DNA of 64,000 nucleotides from Hormiphora californensis. Its lineage: Eukaryota; Animalia; Ctenophora. Shown piece after piece: positions 13,307 to 58,684 of the stretch. Every line of letters begins with the position of its first letter. The first letter of the stretch is position 1. A model generated the notes under the pieces. The model did no database searches. It was not told the origin of the DNA and worked only from the letters and a program-made list of their open reading frames with translations. The position numbers and the translations under genes are program-made. The DNA is taken from positions 4,340,001-4,404,000 of the forward strand of contig CM035355.1 of assembly GCA_020137815.1 (NCBI GenBank), given 5' to 3'.

Positions 13307-16056
13307 ATGTCAGCTGGTTTTTCTAAATCCACCGCACGTTCTATAGATTCTAGATTTATCATGGGCTTGTTAAACCGTATCGTGTACAGTATCTGCCTCC
13401 TCAACATTATCGTGTCTATGGTGGCGGCACCCCTTCAACTGTTTTACGTGACGCTTGCTATAAAATGGCAGGTAAGATTGGTTTTCACTTGATGTCATTG
13501 ATGAAATTCCGTGAGCTTTTAAGGAACTGTTTTGACCTGTCGAGAACTCCGTTGACGTGAATGGCGAAAATTGAATTGATTTCAAATTATAACGTGACAG
13601 TTCAATCCTCACCCCTTCCGGGCTTACGTAATGATTACTATTTACCAATTTATAATAGTCACATCATCATTACCCTTACTTTGGGAAATGGAATTACCCC
13701 TCTGCACGAGCAACGTAAATGGGTGAATTCGTAAACAAACCCTCCCTATTATACTAGACTACTTTGATACAAACAACAAGACTACTTTGATAGATCGAAG
13801 AAGATACTAGTACTTTGATAGAAACTTCCTCTAACAAATTCTATGAAGCTCCGTTCGCAACAAAGAGCTTGCTCCAAAAGTTTAATTGGAAATTGCTCCC
13901 AAAAGTGTCCACTAATTGGAAATTGCTCCCAAAAGTGTCCACTAATTGGAAAATGCTTCTAAAACTAGGTTATCTATATCTTCAGGACGAGTGCTCGCTG
14001 TTTCTCCTGCTAACCTGTATCTGGTGTAGTGGGGTGTTTAGCCTTGTGGCAGTGCTCCACTTTTACATTCTATATAACAAGAGATCTGGTCACTGGAATG
14101 GACTCCGCAAAAACATGAGGTAGAGAATTAATTGTTGCTCGACTATCCGATCTCTCTCCACGAAAAAATAAAAGATGTTTGAACGCAACAATAAACAATC
14201 TCAAGATCAACATAATTTCAGGTTTTTAGCGGTATTTTCCTTCGTCCTGTTTGGGCAAATTATCCTAATTCTGTTTGTTAAGTACCGGTTAGAGCACTTT
14301 ACAGAGCGGAGATTCGCCCATGGAGTTCAACAATACTTTGATCCACTTGATAGGTGAGTTCAACAATACTTTGATCCACTTGATAGGTGAGTGAGAAGTT
14401 AACAATTCTTTATGTTTGAAGTGAACTAGAATTTACCAATGCAAATGATAAATACTTTGTGTACTTGACCGTTTTTATATATAATATTTGTGGTGGGTAT
14501 GCTGATCCACCCAATTCCAATTGACTTCACCGTTCATTCTCCACAGTTCGGCCCAACAATACATTGACGGAGTCCAGACGAAGGGGCGGTGTTGTGGCTT
14601 CTGGAATTACAGGGAATGGGAAGTCACCAAACCGTTACCTCCATCTTGTTGCGATGCGAAGGACATCTTTTGTAGACCATCAAATGCATATCCGCAGGGC
14701 TGCAAGCAGTACTACCGCGATATAGTGAGTACAGAGCTAGTTGCCATGGTAACGATATAGTGAGTACAGAGCTGGTTACCATGGTAACTCATGGAACTTA
14801 TGTTCTTAATAACTCTCTTCTATTTTAGATCGAAGGTGGGACAGTGATTCCAGCCTGGATTAGCGGTGGACTACTCCTTACTACCATGACCATATACATC
14901 ATCATAATGACATATCTGCAGTTCAGGTATATTGACATCATTTGAAATTCATATATTCTACCAGCCCTCAATCTGTCATTTTCGAACGTTCCTGTCCGAA
15001 TATAGATTTTCTCCCTCTTCTCTCTTCGATATAAGTGATATAAGTAGAATCCAAGAGATGTCAATCCTGGCTAGCTAGGGTCTCCCCCTTACTGTGCTCA
15101 TAAAGTGCTCATAAATGAGCCAGACAAATTAGAACTGTAAGCAGTAAATTTGGAACATTTTCGTAGCCACACGCTGAGCAAACCACATACCGCCCGGGTA
15201 TGGGTAACTATGGCGCTAAGCATATATAAATTATAACAGAGCTTCATCCAAGCTGCTGCATAATTTAACCATTGGAACTCTTATAGAGGGATTACGAGGT
15301 AACCTTCAGGTGTCTCTTTAATATTGAGATTTGAGATTTGAGATAACTGTGGTTATACCGTCACCATCTCTCTCACGTTCTGGGAAATTTATAAATCATT
15401 ATAATCACCCATTTATCTCTCAACGAGGGAGAGGGGTGAAGATTAGCTCCTTTTGACCTGTCATTTCATGGTCACGAAGTCCGAGTTAACAGCATTTCGA
15501 AATGTCAAAAATATCGAAATCATTAGTTACGGGAGCGCCCCCCCTCTCGAAGATCTCGAATAATATAATTTTAAAACCCTTTTATACTTCCAGTTCTAGC
15601 ATTTTAGAATTTATATAATAAATTCACCCCCCCCACCACAGTAAAATAACTACCCCACCACAGTAAAATAACTACCCCACCACAGTAAAATAACTACTAA
15701 ACCTCTACTAACCCCCTAGTAAATAATAACTATTAAACCTCTACTAACCCCCCCCCCCCCAGTGGAGTGACACTATTAACCCGCTACTAAACCTCTACTA
15801 ACCCCCCCCCCCCCCAGTGGAGTGACACTATTAACCCCCTAGTAAATATCTACTAAACCTCTACTACCCCCCCCCCAGTGGAGTGACACTGTACGAGGAG
15901 ATACCTGGGGATGGACAACTGGATGCCAGTGTCTCTGGAACCCACCAAAGTTGGGGATCCTCTCGACCATCCCTGTGTGTTAACGAACGGGATCAGGGAC
16001 CAAGAAAAGTTGTCAGTAGTGGAGATGTTCCCCCTAATGATGTTGCGGTGGCGTAG
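13307..16056 (+). CDS. Tetraspanin family protein
   Basis: Exons 13307-13471, 13986-14119, 14222-14353, 14547-14724, 14829-14926, 15879-16056 are phase-consistent. Four hydrophobic segments; large loop with RCCG, PPSCC and GC motifs; tail with YEEI. Last exon choice is less certain. Confidence 0.85.
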
Positions 16057-16944
16057 AGATCGGGGCGGTCCAACTTTGGTTAACTGTAATCCTTCCTGCG
16101 CTGGCAAGGTTCAGGTAGTGAGCTACCAAGGTGAGCTACCAAGGTGTTATTTTTGAATGGACCCATGATAACTTTTCAGTTTCCTGACGTATGATTTGAC
16201 TAATATAATTGTTGTGTTCTATTGTAGCCTTGAATTTTTTGATTATTATAATGCGTGTGTGTTTTTGACAAAAAACATTTGACAGAAAAGGAATATGACT
16301 AATATATAAGTGATTTGATCCATTTTATCAGTGTCAGTGTTGCTCTTTTTCCAAACTTCAGTAATTCATTATCCAACTTGTTTTAATTGGTTTCAGATCT
16401 ATAACAGTTGGACCCCGATTTTCCGGATAAAACCCCCAGAGCATCCCGGCAAATCAGGGTCCGACCTCAGTGCACTTTCAACTCTAAAACCCACAATTCT
16501 TCCTTCCAGACACTAACCTACCGTTTTGACATAGACACCCCACAATATGACAGTAATATACAGACTCTCGAAGCCTCGATGCACTAAGGTATAATAATGT
16601 TCTCAATATATATTCTTCAACTGCATTTACATGAAATGTGCATTTACTTACAGTTGGACCCCGATTACCGATATAACCCCCCCCCCCCCCTACTAACCGA
16701 TTTACCGGGAGGATAGACTTCCCCCGATATATGAAATTAACCCTTTCCCACGAGCATCCCGGTATATATATAAGTTGTGGTCCGACTGTACATCTGCATG
16801 AAAAGTGCATCTACATACAAAGTGCATCTACATGAAAAGCATTAAATGTGTTGGTAATGCAGAATCTTCATATTGTATTATATCTTCGATGGTTGAGAGG
16901 CGGGAGAGCAATACATAACACGGTATATTCTGATATATTTTCAG

Positions 16945-49890
<32,946 letters not shown>

Positions 49891-51290
49891 GGGTAACTAG
49901 GGAGAGAACGGGCTTTGGAGGCATGGAAACAGGACAATAGTAACTAGGGAGAGAACACTAGTAACTAGGGGTAACTAGGAAGAGGACGGGCTTTGGAGGC
50001 ATGGAGACAGGACACTAGTAACTAGGGAGAGAACACTAGTAACTAGGGGTAACTAGGGAGAGGACGGGCTTTGGAGGCATGGAAACAGGACAATAGTAAC
50101 TAGGGAGACAGGACAATAGTAACTAGGGGTAACTAGGAAGAGGACGGGCTGTGGAGGCATGGAAACAGGACAATAGTAACTAGAAGGAGGACCCTAGTAA
50201 CAAGGGGTAACTAGGGAGAGGGCGGAGGAGTTACTCAATAATGGATGTCGTGACTGTGAACTATAAAACGAACTGAAAATTGTTTATAATCACTGAATAT
50301 TATTTAGAGGAGCGGGTTTTATTATTAATGTTTGGGAATTTTCTTTTTAGACTGTTCAGGTTCCTTTAATTTTTAGATTTTGAGCCGTTTTGGAGTTTTG
50401 CCTGTGTCAGTCTGGCAGCAGCGGCCCCATCTGAATTCTGAGCGCACTGTCTAGAATCAAATGGGGGTCTGGGTGCCGCCAGACAGGTCAGGCCAATGCT
50501 CTGACCACTTGTTGAGCATATTAATATGGTCAGGCCAATGCTCTGACAGGGTCGACGCTGCCTGACAGCACTATTGCCATCTGTCTGTTTTATTGGGGAG
50601 TCGTTTTATCTGTCAGAGCATTGGCCTGACCCATTCTCGCGAGAACTGTGGTCAGAGCATTGGCCTGACAGCGTTTTATCAAATGTGTATATTCAGGTCA
50701 TTTAAATAGTTAAACATTTGTAAAACAAGGCGTTTCTCTTTGCACTGTAAGGGGGGGGGGGGGTCAGGAATTGTCAAACGGCCAGGGGAACACCCACGTC
50801 CCACGAGTGGGGAGACCCACGTCGTCCCATCTACAAGTCTCGCGGCAAACAAGGCCAAGGGAGCCAGTTGATACTCAGGGGGTGGGGGCTGTTTTTAGCC
50901 GTGGAGGAAGTCATGATTGTAAACGGGTGGTGGCCTTGTAAACTCTCAGAAGTCGGATATACGGGGCCGGCTGATAATTACAGCACGGTAAAACGTAATA
51001 AAAAGTACAATACAATAACACTCTGAAACAAATATATTTATCATTGCCCAGTATTTCATTCACAGAAGATCATCAATTCTCGAATTCTGTCTGGAAGCAT
51101 GGACTCTTTTATGACGCACACCAAGCTGTGCGTCATAAAAGACTGCATTGGTGTCGCTAAGCCCTTGCTATCAGAGCGATGCCTGACCACTGTCATCACT
51201 CCGCGAGAAAGGGTCAGCGACATGCCTGACAGTAGCTACTCTCTGAATAAATTAAAATAGCTCAACCCATCAAATATTCGATATAATACC

Positions 51291-51763
51291 AGAATTAGAC
51301 ACAGAAATCCTGCTTCAACTCTTAGGATAATAAGGAACCATAATAAAGTTCAAGAGCCTCCAAGAGCGCACCCCATCCAAGAGAGACCAAAATCAAGAGC
51401 GCACCACAATCAAGAGAGACCAAAATCAAGAGCACACCACAATCAAGAGAGACCAAATCAAGAGCGCACCACAATCAAGAGAGACCAAATTCAAGAGCGC
51501 ACCACATCTGGTATCTTCTGGATGGGGAGCTCTCTTGCATGTGGTACGCTCTTGATTTGGTCTCTCTTGATTGTGGTGCGCTCTTGATTTGGTCTCTCTT
51601 GATTGTGGTGCGCTCTTGATTTTGGTCTCTCTTGATTGTGGTGCGCTCTTGATTTTGGTCTCTCTTGGATGGGGTGCGCTCTTGGGCGCTCTTGGAGGCT
51701 CTTGAACTTTATTATGGTTCCTTATGAGAATTAGACACAGAAATCCTGCTTCAACTTTTAGGA
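51291..51763. repeat. Foldback structure (51331-51725) with mirrored 32-34-bp tandem units, flanked by a 37-bp direct duplication that includes the TAF5 stop
   Basis: agaattagacacagaaatcctgcttcaact(c/t)ttagga at 51291 and 51727; taaggaaccataataaagttcaagagcctccaagagcgc is inverted at about 51687-51725. Confidence 0.85.
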
Positions 51764-54700
51764 GAATAATTCGAAACACCCATTATCAAATTCTTCCTTG
51801 TTGTGGCTAAATACAATACAGGAGATTCTTTAGTCCTGCTCCTATTAATTAACACATCTTCATTAGCATTATACTCGGTCATGTTCTCTACATTCTCGAC
51901 AACGTAACACAGGTCCCATGTGTTAATAACACTGTCCATACCACCACTAATAATCACCCCTCCCTCCCGGGTTATAGCCAGGCTAGTCACTGGTCCAGTG
52001 TGGTTGGTTAGGGTCCCAATATGGGCACCGGTTGATAAATCCCAAACTAGAATGGTCCCTGTTTCGTCTCCAGAAGCGAGAATATGTCCGTGAGGGGAGA
52101 AGATGAGAGATGTCACTGCACCCTTATGTCCTGTCAGGTGCCTGGAGCAGATTCCAGTGCCGATCTCCCAGATTCGAACACTGCGGTCACTGCTTCCCGA
52201 GGCGACGTAGTTACCGTTAGGATGAACCCTGTAGGGGGAGAAATGGATAAAATATAGGTTTTCATTGACACATTCACGACATTGAAACCACGATCAAGTA
52301 CTAGCCACTAGAGCTACATTGATTTGATAAGAGTGGTTGCCATGGTTATATCACTTACTTGATACAGGTGATGTCACCAAGATGGCCAGCAAATAGTCTA
52401 ACAGGTGCTATGTGTTGCATGCTCCACAGTAACACCGTTCTATCGAGACCACCCGTTGCGAAGTAGTGACCTGATTGGGGAAGGGGGTTAGAAACATGAT
52501 TAAAGAATGGGTGGGGGTAGAAACAGGAATAGAGAATGGGGTTATAATCGGGAATTTACTCGAGAGCTTGAACTGACAAATTTCTAGGACATCAATTTGG
52601 AGAATATATTAGGTTCGACAGATTCAATAATCAATATACTATTTCCAATCTGTCTCTCTAATGTAACCTACCTAACGGCGACCAATCACAAGCCCAGACA
52701 GGATGGTTGTGTCCCTTGTAGGCGACTAGTTGGGTATGGGTCTGGAGGGACCAGAGCCGAGCAGTACAATCCTGCCCACAACTCAGGACTAACGACTTGT
52801 TGTGGTTTATCGAGACATCGTATACTGGCCCTGGAAAAAATGAGAGCTGTCAACTTGAGTCTGGAGTTGAAGAGGGAAACATTTGGGTGACATTAGTGGT
52901 ACACAACTGCAAGGGGAGTCAATGTTTTACCGTTGTGTCCATAGAATGTGAGTGATTTAGCGCCATTTTTATCATCCATTAGTATCTCCATAACATTTTC
53001 ATCCGCCATGCTGACCCCCGCCAACTCACTCGGGTCTCTCATTCGAGGAATCTTGTTCCGGGTTAAAGACCACACCTGATGTGTTTGAGATTCATTAAGG
53101 CATCATTTGGTAGCTTGGTAACTTGCCAACTGGTGATTATTGTGGTACCCCGCGGAGGGGGGGGGGGTAAGGGGGATAGTACCCACCTTTACAGCGCTGT
53201 TATTGAGTCCTGCAGAGAGGAGTTTACAGTCTTCTGACATGTTGACTGCATTTATCAAACTTTTAGAATTCAGGAAAGTATACAGGGCGATAGTTGGCTG
53301 GTTCTTGTGGCTTATCCTGTAAAAGATTTCAAGGGTTAATATGGGATAATTTCTTTATCATTAACGAGCAAATAGTCTAGCTGTGTTTATGAAGGAGTAA
53401 TGTCAGATCCTGGTTATCTTGAGCAACTGTCGTAAGATGAATTTCTCGTTAATGTTGTTACTGCTTAGTTACCTCACGTTTAATCTTGTAACCTGTCTGA
53501 TTTGCCAGAAGTGTAGCAAAGTTTCGACCACCATAAATGTAAGTCCCACATATTATGTTAACCAAAATCCATACCAACAAATTTGCTAAAGCTAATGCCC
53601 AGTTTTTTTGACAGGGTGAGCAGTATCTGGACCCAGATAACAGTGATTGTGGTGAGGGGAACACATTGTCATGCCCAGAATCAGCTACCGGCTGTGTGAG
53701 TGGTTACATGTCTGTTACAACCACCACTAACGACAACGAAGAGGTATAAATAATACTCTCAATTTCGCAATAATATGAGGGATCATCTAACGTATGCTAA
53801 CGAATTAAATTTTAAGACGTTAGGCTGTGCTTAGCATGCTAAGTTGGGCAGTACCTCTTTACGCTTTCGAAGGAAAAGAACGCACTAATAAACCATATCT
53901 ATCGCAGGTAGAGGTAGTAACTGAATATCTCAAAGGATGCGCTAACAAGCTAACTCTGTGCAGTATAATCGAGGATATGCTAAACAGGGATCGATCCTCT
54001 GATCATCTCGCATTGCTACAACAGTGTCACATGCACACTTGTGACACGGGTGATCTATGCAACAATGAAACTGTTACAGAAATACAAAAGTATCGGAGTT
54101 ATACCCCCCTGAGGGGGTCTAGTGGAGGTCACTTAGGGAGGGGATCAGGGTTCGGGGGTTGGATAGCCGAGACTCTGGCTGTCTTTGTGATTGTTTGTGC
54201 TGTTGTTTGGTCCTTTTTAGTGTGTTGTAGAACTAAAATAGCTAGAGAACAGGAACCGACAGAATCAGGAAATGCTCGTCCCTGATTGGCTGATAACCAG
54301 TCACGTGACCTAAATAACGATTGGTTGTTTACTTGTGTCGGTCGGTTCCTGCTAGAGAAACAAGGTAGACTTTTCTGTTACTTTGTGTGAATATGTTTTT
54401 CATTTGTTATATTGACTGAGAATGTCAGTTTTGTTTTCTATATATTTCTACATATCTGTCGTTTTAATACCTGTATCTACCGGCGACCTCTTGGATCATT
54501 TCCTGGTGAGCAGTAACCTCTGCCTCGGTCATTGAGGGGTACTGAATTCTTCTGTTAGGAGGCGGAGTGTTCATCTCTATCTTCTCTGAAGGGAATGTGA
54601 TGTAGTGCAACTATAATGGAACTCGTGGTGCGTGGGGTGTGACACGAATATAAATGTGTACCAGGAACCGACCGAAACAAGTAAATAACCAATTAGAACT

Positions 54701-57700
54701 CGTTATTTAGGTCACGTGACTGGTTATCAGCCAATCAGGGACCAGTATTTCCTGATTCGGTCGGTTCCTGATGTGTACCTTTGTTTTTGACAGTAGCAAG
54801 AATAAGTTTCTCTCTTCGTTTCTTCTTCTTCGGATCTGTCTCCGGTTCTATCTCATCAAACTCATTATCTGGATCAAGGAGCACGTTCAGTAGGGATACA
54901 GGGTGGGTCACCCCGTAGTACATTCTCTGTGCATTCACACTCTTCATACCTGGGAGAGTGCTTTGTTAGCTAGCCGTTAATACCAACAAGTACCATGGTT
55001 AGTAGTAGAGTAGCACCTGGTTACCATGGTAACTGGTAGAGTGGCACCTGGTTACCATAGTAACTAGTAGAAGTTTCATGTATGGTACCTAATCCGGTAC
55101 ACCTAACAGAGTTCTGATATACTCGGATTATAACCTACCGTCTCCCATAAGCGTGCTACGAGAGAGGGATAGTTGGATCTGATGTCGTGGTATTCCATCA
55201 AACACATCAACATGCAGATGAACATTGATCAGATTTAGTAACAACACGTGAGAATTATCCTGGAGGGAGAGAGAGAGAGGTGAGTTATACTGAGAGAAAG
55301 AGAGAGAGGTCAGTTAGTGATATATTAGAGAGTAGAGACATAACCATTAACCAGTGATGTGGTTATCTCAACGCACTGTCACGAAATGCAAATGGTGGTC
55401 CAGGGGGTGGTCCATAAATTATGGGGGATACATAACTGACAGTGGTTATCGAGTCCTGATCTCCTAACTGACCTGGAGATGAGATAGGAGACAGTTGAAG
55501 CTATCTTTACACATCCTCACTATGTACTTGTTACTTCTGAACTGAAACAGAGGTGTTGGTACTTGTTACTTCTTGTTAGCAAGACAGTTTCCCTGGCAAC
55601 CTCATGGTCTTGGTGAAATGCCAAACTATACCTGGTTAAATGTAGTGTTTATAATAAGTGCCTCTTTGCTGGTAATGGTGGCTAATTGATCTAGATCCTC
55701 CTCTCGCTCCTCTATCTGTCCCTTGTACCTATTATAAAACTCTCGGGCTATCTTCTGCTGGTTCGACAAGATCAACTCCATGTATATCTAAAGTGGGGTG
55801 GGGAGGTGGAGAGGGGCTCCATATATGCACCATGTATATCTAGTGGGGTGGGGAGGTGAGGGGCACCATGTATATCTAGTGGGGTGGGGAGGTGAGGGGC
55901 ACCATGTATATCTAGTGGGGTGGGGAGGTGAGGGGCACCATGTATATCTAGTGGGGTGGGGAGGTGAGGGGCACCATGTATATCTAGTGGGGTGGGGAGG
56001 TGTTATGTTCTTAAACCCTCCTTTACATTTATAGACAGGAAATAGGGCCGAGCAATGCAAGTTGGGGAGTTGAGAATGGTGTTTTATTTAGGATATTGTT
56101 TTATTAAGAATGGATTTATTGTACTCGTGCAAACTGTCTTCATCAACTTACCAGTACGAATATGGGGTAGATCACTAAGCTAAGTTCACCCCGATACATC
56201 TCCAGACTGTTCTCAACAAACTCGCACAATGACCCAAACTGTGCCAAGGCTTTCTCCTGCTGTTGGGCACTCTTGTAGGTGGTCAGAACCTGCTTCATTT
56301 TGTCCATGTGGAGCCCATCCTCGTCACCCTGCAATGGGGAGGGGGAGGGTTGCTTACTGCTTAGCAACCGTTGGGGGGGGGGGGGGTCGGCCAAAATCGA
56401 GGGGGGGGGGTTGTCACTTCTTTACAATTACAGTGTGATGACACCAAATACCGAGAGTGCAGAACGGATCATCAGTGACTGACTGATGATCCGTTCTGAG
56501 GTATAACTTGGAAACTATTCTTTGACTAACTCCTTGTTAGAGCAATAGGCAAAGGAGGGGGTATGTTATATATTGACGGGAGAGGGATGTGCTTGATATA
56601 TTGCGTTGTTGAGACATATATTGCCCTAGTTTTAAGAATATAAAATACCGTGTGCGGCAAAAAAAAGCCCCCCCCCTAGACCACCATAGTTGCCGATGTG
56701 GTGGAGAGCTGTAACTTGGCAGGGTTGCTCCACTATGTCTATCTTGATCCTGACAGAAAAATCAGAGCTCTAGCTCAAAATTCATTTTCATGAACGGAAT
56801 GAACATTGTCATTCATTCCAGGAAAAAATATTTTCCGGTCCAAAATTTAACTAATTATGTTTGGCTATCGATTTGCTTTCCAATGTGACCAAGATCAGCT
56901 AAATTGGACAACCACAAGAGACACAGTGTCATGTTGCTTTAAGTTAGTCAGGTCATGTGATCTTCACCGAATCGTTGAGTTTCCGGGATTGCTAATCGGG
57001 CCAATGGGCAAAGGAATCTCGTATCATGGCCGCTAATTGGGTATGTGTACCAATACAGGGTGATGTGATTCGAGGAAAGAGGACATTTATCAAAGAGCTA
57101 CAGATCTGATGACCAATCAGCATCGTCATCCCTCATTAGCAGATGTGATACGTGATTCTCTACCACTTAGACCAATTCGTAATACTGAACACGATCAACG
57201 ATTCAGTGAAGATCACATGACCTGACTAACTTTAAGAAACATGACACTGTGTCTCTTGTGGTTGTCCAATTTAGCTGATCTTGGTCACATTGGAAAGCAA
57301 ATCGATAGCCAAACATAATTGGTTAAATTTTGGACCGGAAAATATTTTTTCCTGGAATGAATGACAATATTCATTCCGTTCATGAAAATGAATTTTGAGC
57401 TAGAGCTCTGATTTTTCTGTCAGGATCAAGATAGACATAGTGGAGCAACCCTGCCAAGTTACAGCTCTCCACCACATCGGCAACTATGGTGGTCTAGGGG
57501 GGGGGGGCTTTTTTTTGCCGCACACGGTATAATCTCTCTGGGCACAACCCTGTGGTAAATATCATGGACCATATAATATCTTTTCGGGATCTATTCTCTA
57601 GAATTAGTGGGCACACCCCTGTTTAAAAACATGTATCATCTATTCTCTAGAATTAGTGGGCACACCCCTGTTTAAAACATGTATCATCTATTCTCTAGAA

Positions 57701-58147
57701 TTAGCGGGTGGACGACTATCATGAAGATGCTAAAAGGGTTCTGGGCATTATATATTGGACAGCTGTTGCTATATATAGACTATCTATCAGATAGACTGCC
57801 CTATCAGATAGACTGCCCTATCAGATAGGAGGGTAGTCTAGCCTATCAGATTATACATGACCTGATGGGGTAGACGTCTAGTCATGTGTCAGTTCGTCAG
57901 ATATATATCTGCCACAGACAACTTAGAGTTCTGAGGTGGAAACCACGACATAAGGATTCTGACTGATGATTAAAAATAGGGCGGGGGGACAAAGACAAAA
58001 ATGTTGTGAATTTACCTGAATTTTAGCCTCTTTTCTCAGCGCAGTTTCAGTTTCAGTCAGGTTCTTCTTCTTCAGGTATCCCAGTACTGCCTGCATCAGT
58101 TCATCTTCGTCAACCATAGTGGTCGTCAAGTCAAGGGCCACTGACAT
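51751..58147 (-). CDS. TAF5: Transcription initiation factor TFIID subunit 5
   Basis: 12 phase-consistent exons: 58147-58016, 56328-56152, 55787-55632, 55541-55473, 55259-55139, 54949-54779, 54585-54471, 53316-53187, 53075-52931, 52830-52672, 52470-52359, 52228-51751. LisH (LMQAVLGYLKKKNLTETE), NTD2 (YRGELSLVIYPIFV, FRSNKYIVRM), WD40 repeats (YKGHNHPVW, GHYFATGG, HPNGNYVASGSSDRSVRIW). Confidence 0.93.
53437..54285 (+). CDS. Ly6/uPAR (three-finger) domain membrane protein, 202 aa, nested antisense in a TAF5 intron
   Basis: Exons 53437-53538, 53615-53743, 53908-54285 (phase-0 introns). Signal peptide, LICQKC start, 10 ectodomain Cys ending CDTGDLCN, then a hydrophobic helix and CCRTK. Confidence 0.85.
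55778..55999 (-). repeat. 36-bp tandem array of a TAF5 acceptor/exon start (5 decoy copies plus the true site)
   Basis: Plus-strand unit ccatgtatatctagtggggtggggaggtgaggggca at 55830, 55866, 55902, 55938, 55974. Confidence 0.92.
56648..57527. mobile_element. Foldback MITE with about 330-bp TIRs, TA TSD (Tc1/mariner-type), in TAF5 intron 1
   Basis: ta|ccgtgtgcggcaaaaaa ... ttttttgccgcacacgg|ta; arms nearly identical. Confidence 0.88.
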
Positions 58148-58512
58148 TATGTAGCTATATCAGGGGGTGGGGGGTGTTAGTTTAGTGGTCGTCAAGTCAA
58201 GGGCAACTGACATTATGTAGCTATACCAGAGAGGGGGTGTTAGTTTAGTGGTCGTCAAGTCAAGGGCCACTGACATTATGTGGCTATACCAGAGAGGGGG
58301 TGTTAGTTTAGTGGTCGTCAAGTCAAGGGCAACTGACATTATGTAGCTATACCAGAGAGGGGGAGTTAGTTTAGTGGTCGTCAAGTCAAGGGCCACTGAC
58401 ATTATGTGCAGCTATACCAGAGAGGGGGTGTTAGTTTAGTGGTCGTCAAGTCAAGGGCCACTGACATTATGTGCAGCTATACAACAGTTAGTTTAGTGGG
58501 CCACTGACATAG
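58117..58512 (-). repeat. 63-bp tandem array of the TAF5 start-codon region (6 copies plus a partial)
   Basis: Unit starts at 58117, 58183, 58246, 58309, 58372, 58437; each encodes MSVALDLTTT. Confidence 0.92.
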
Positions 58513-58684
58513 CCTCTATTTTATAAGGGGGGGGGTGTTGACTATAGGTTTTATGTTGATAGGGAGCGGTCAGATGGAGAAAATGATACAGAATAGTTTC
58601 AATAATTGGGCAATAAAATTTACAAAAAGTTAAATAAAATTGGTTAAAAATAGTGTCTCTGAGCTGGGGATATTCCAAGACATT

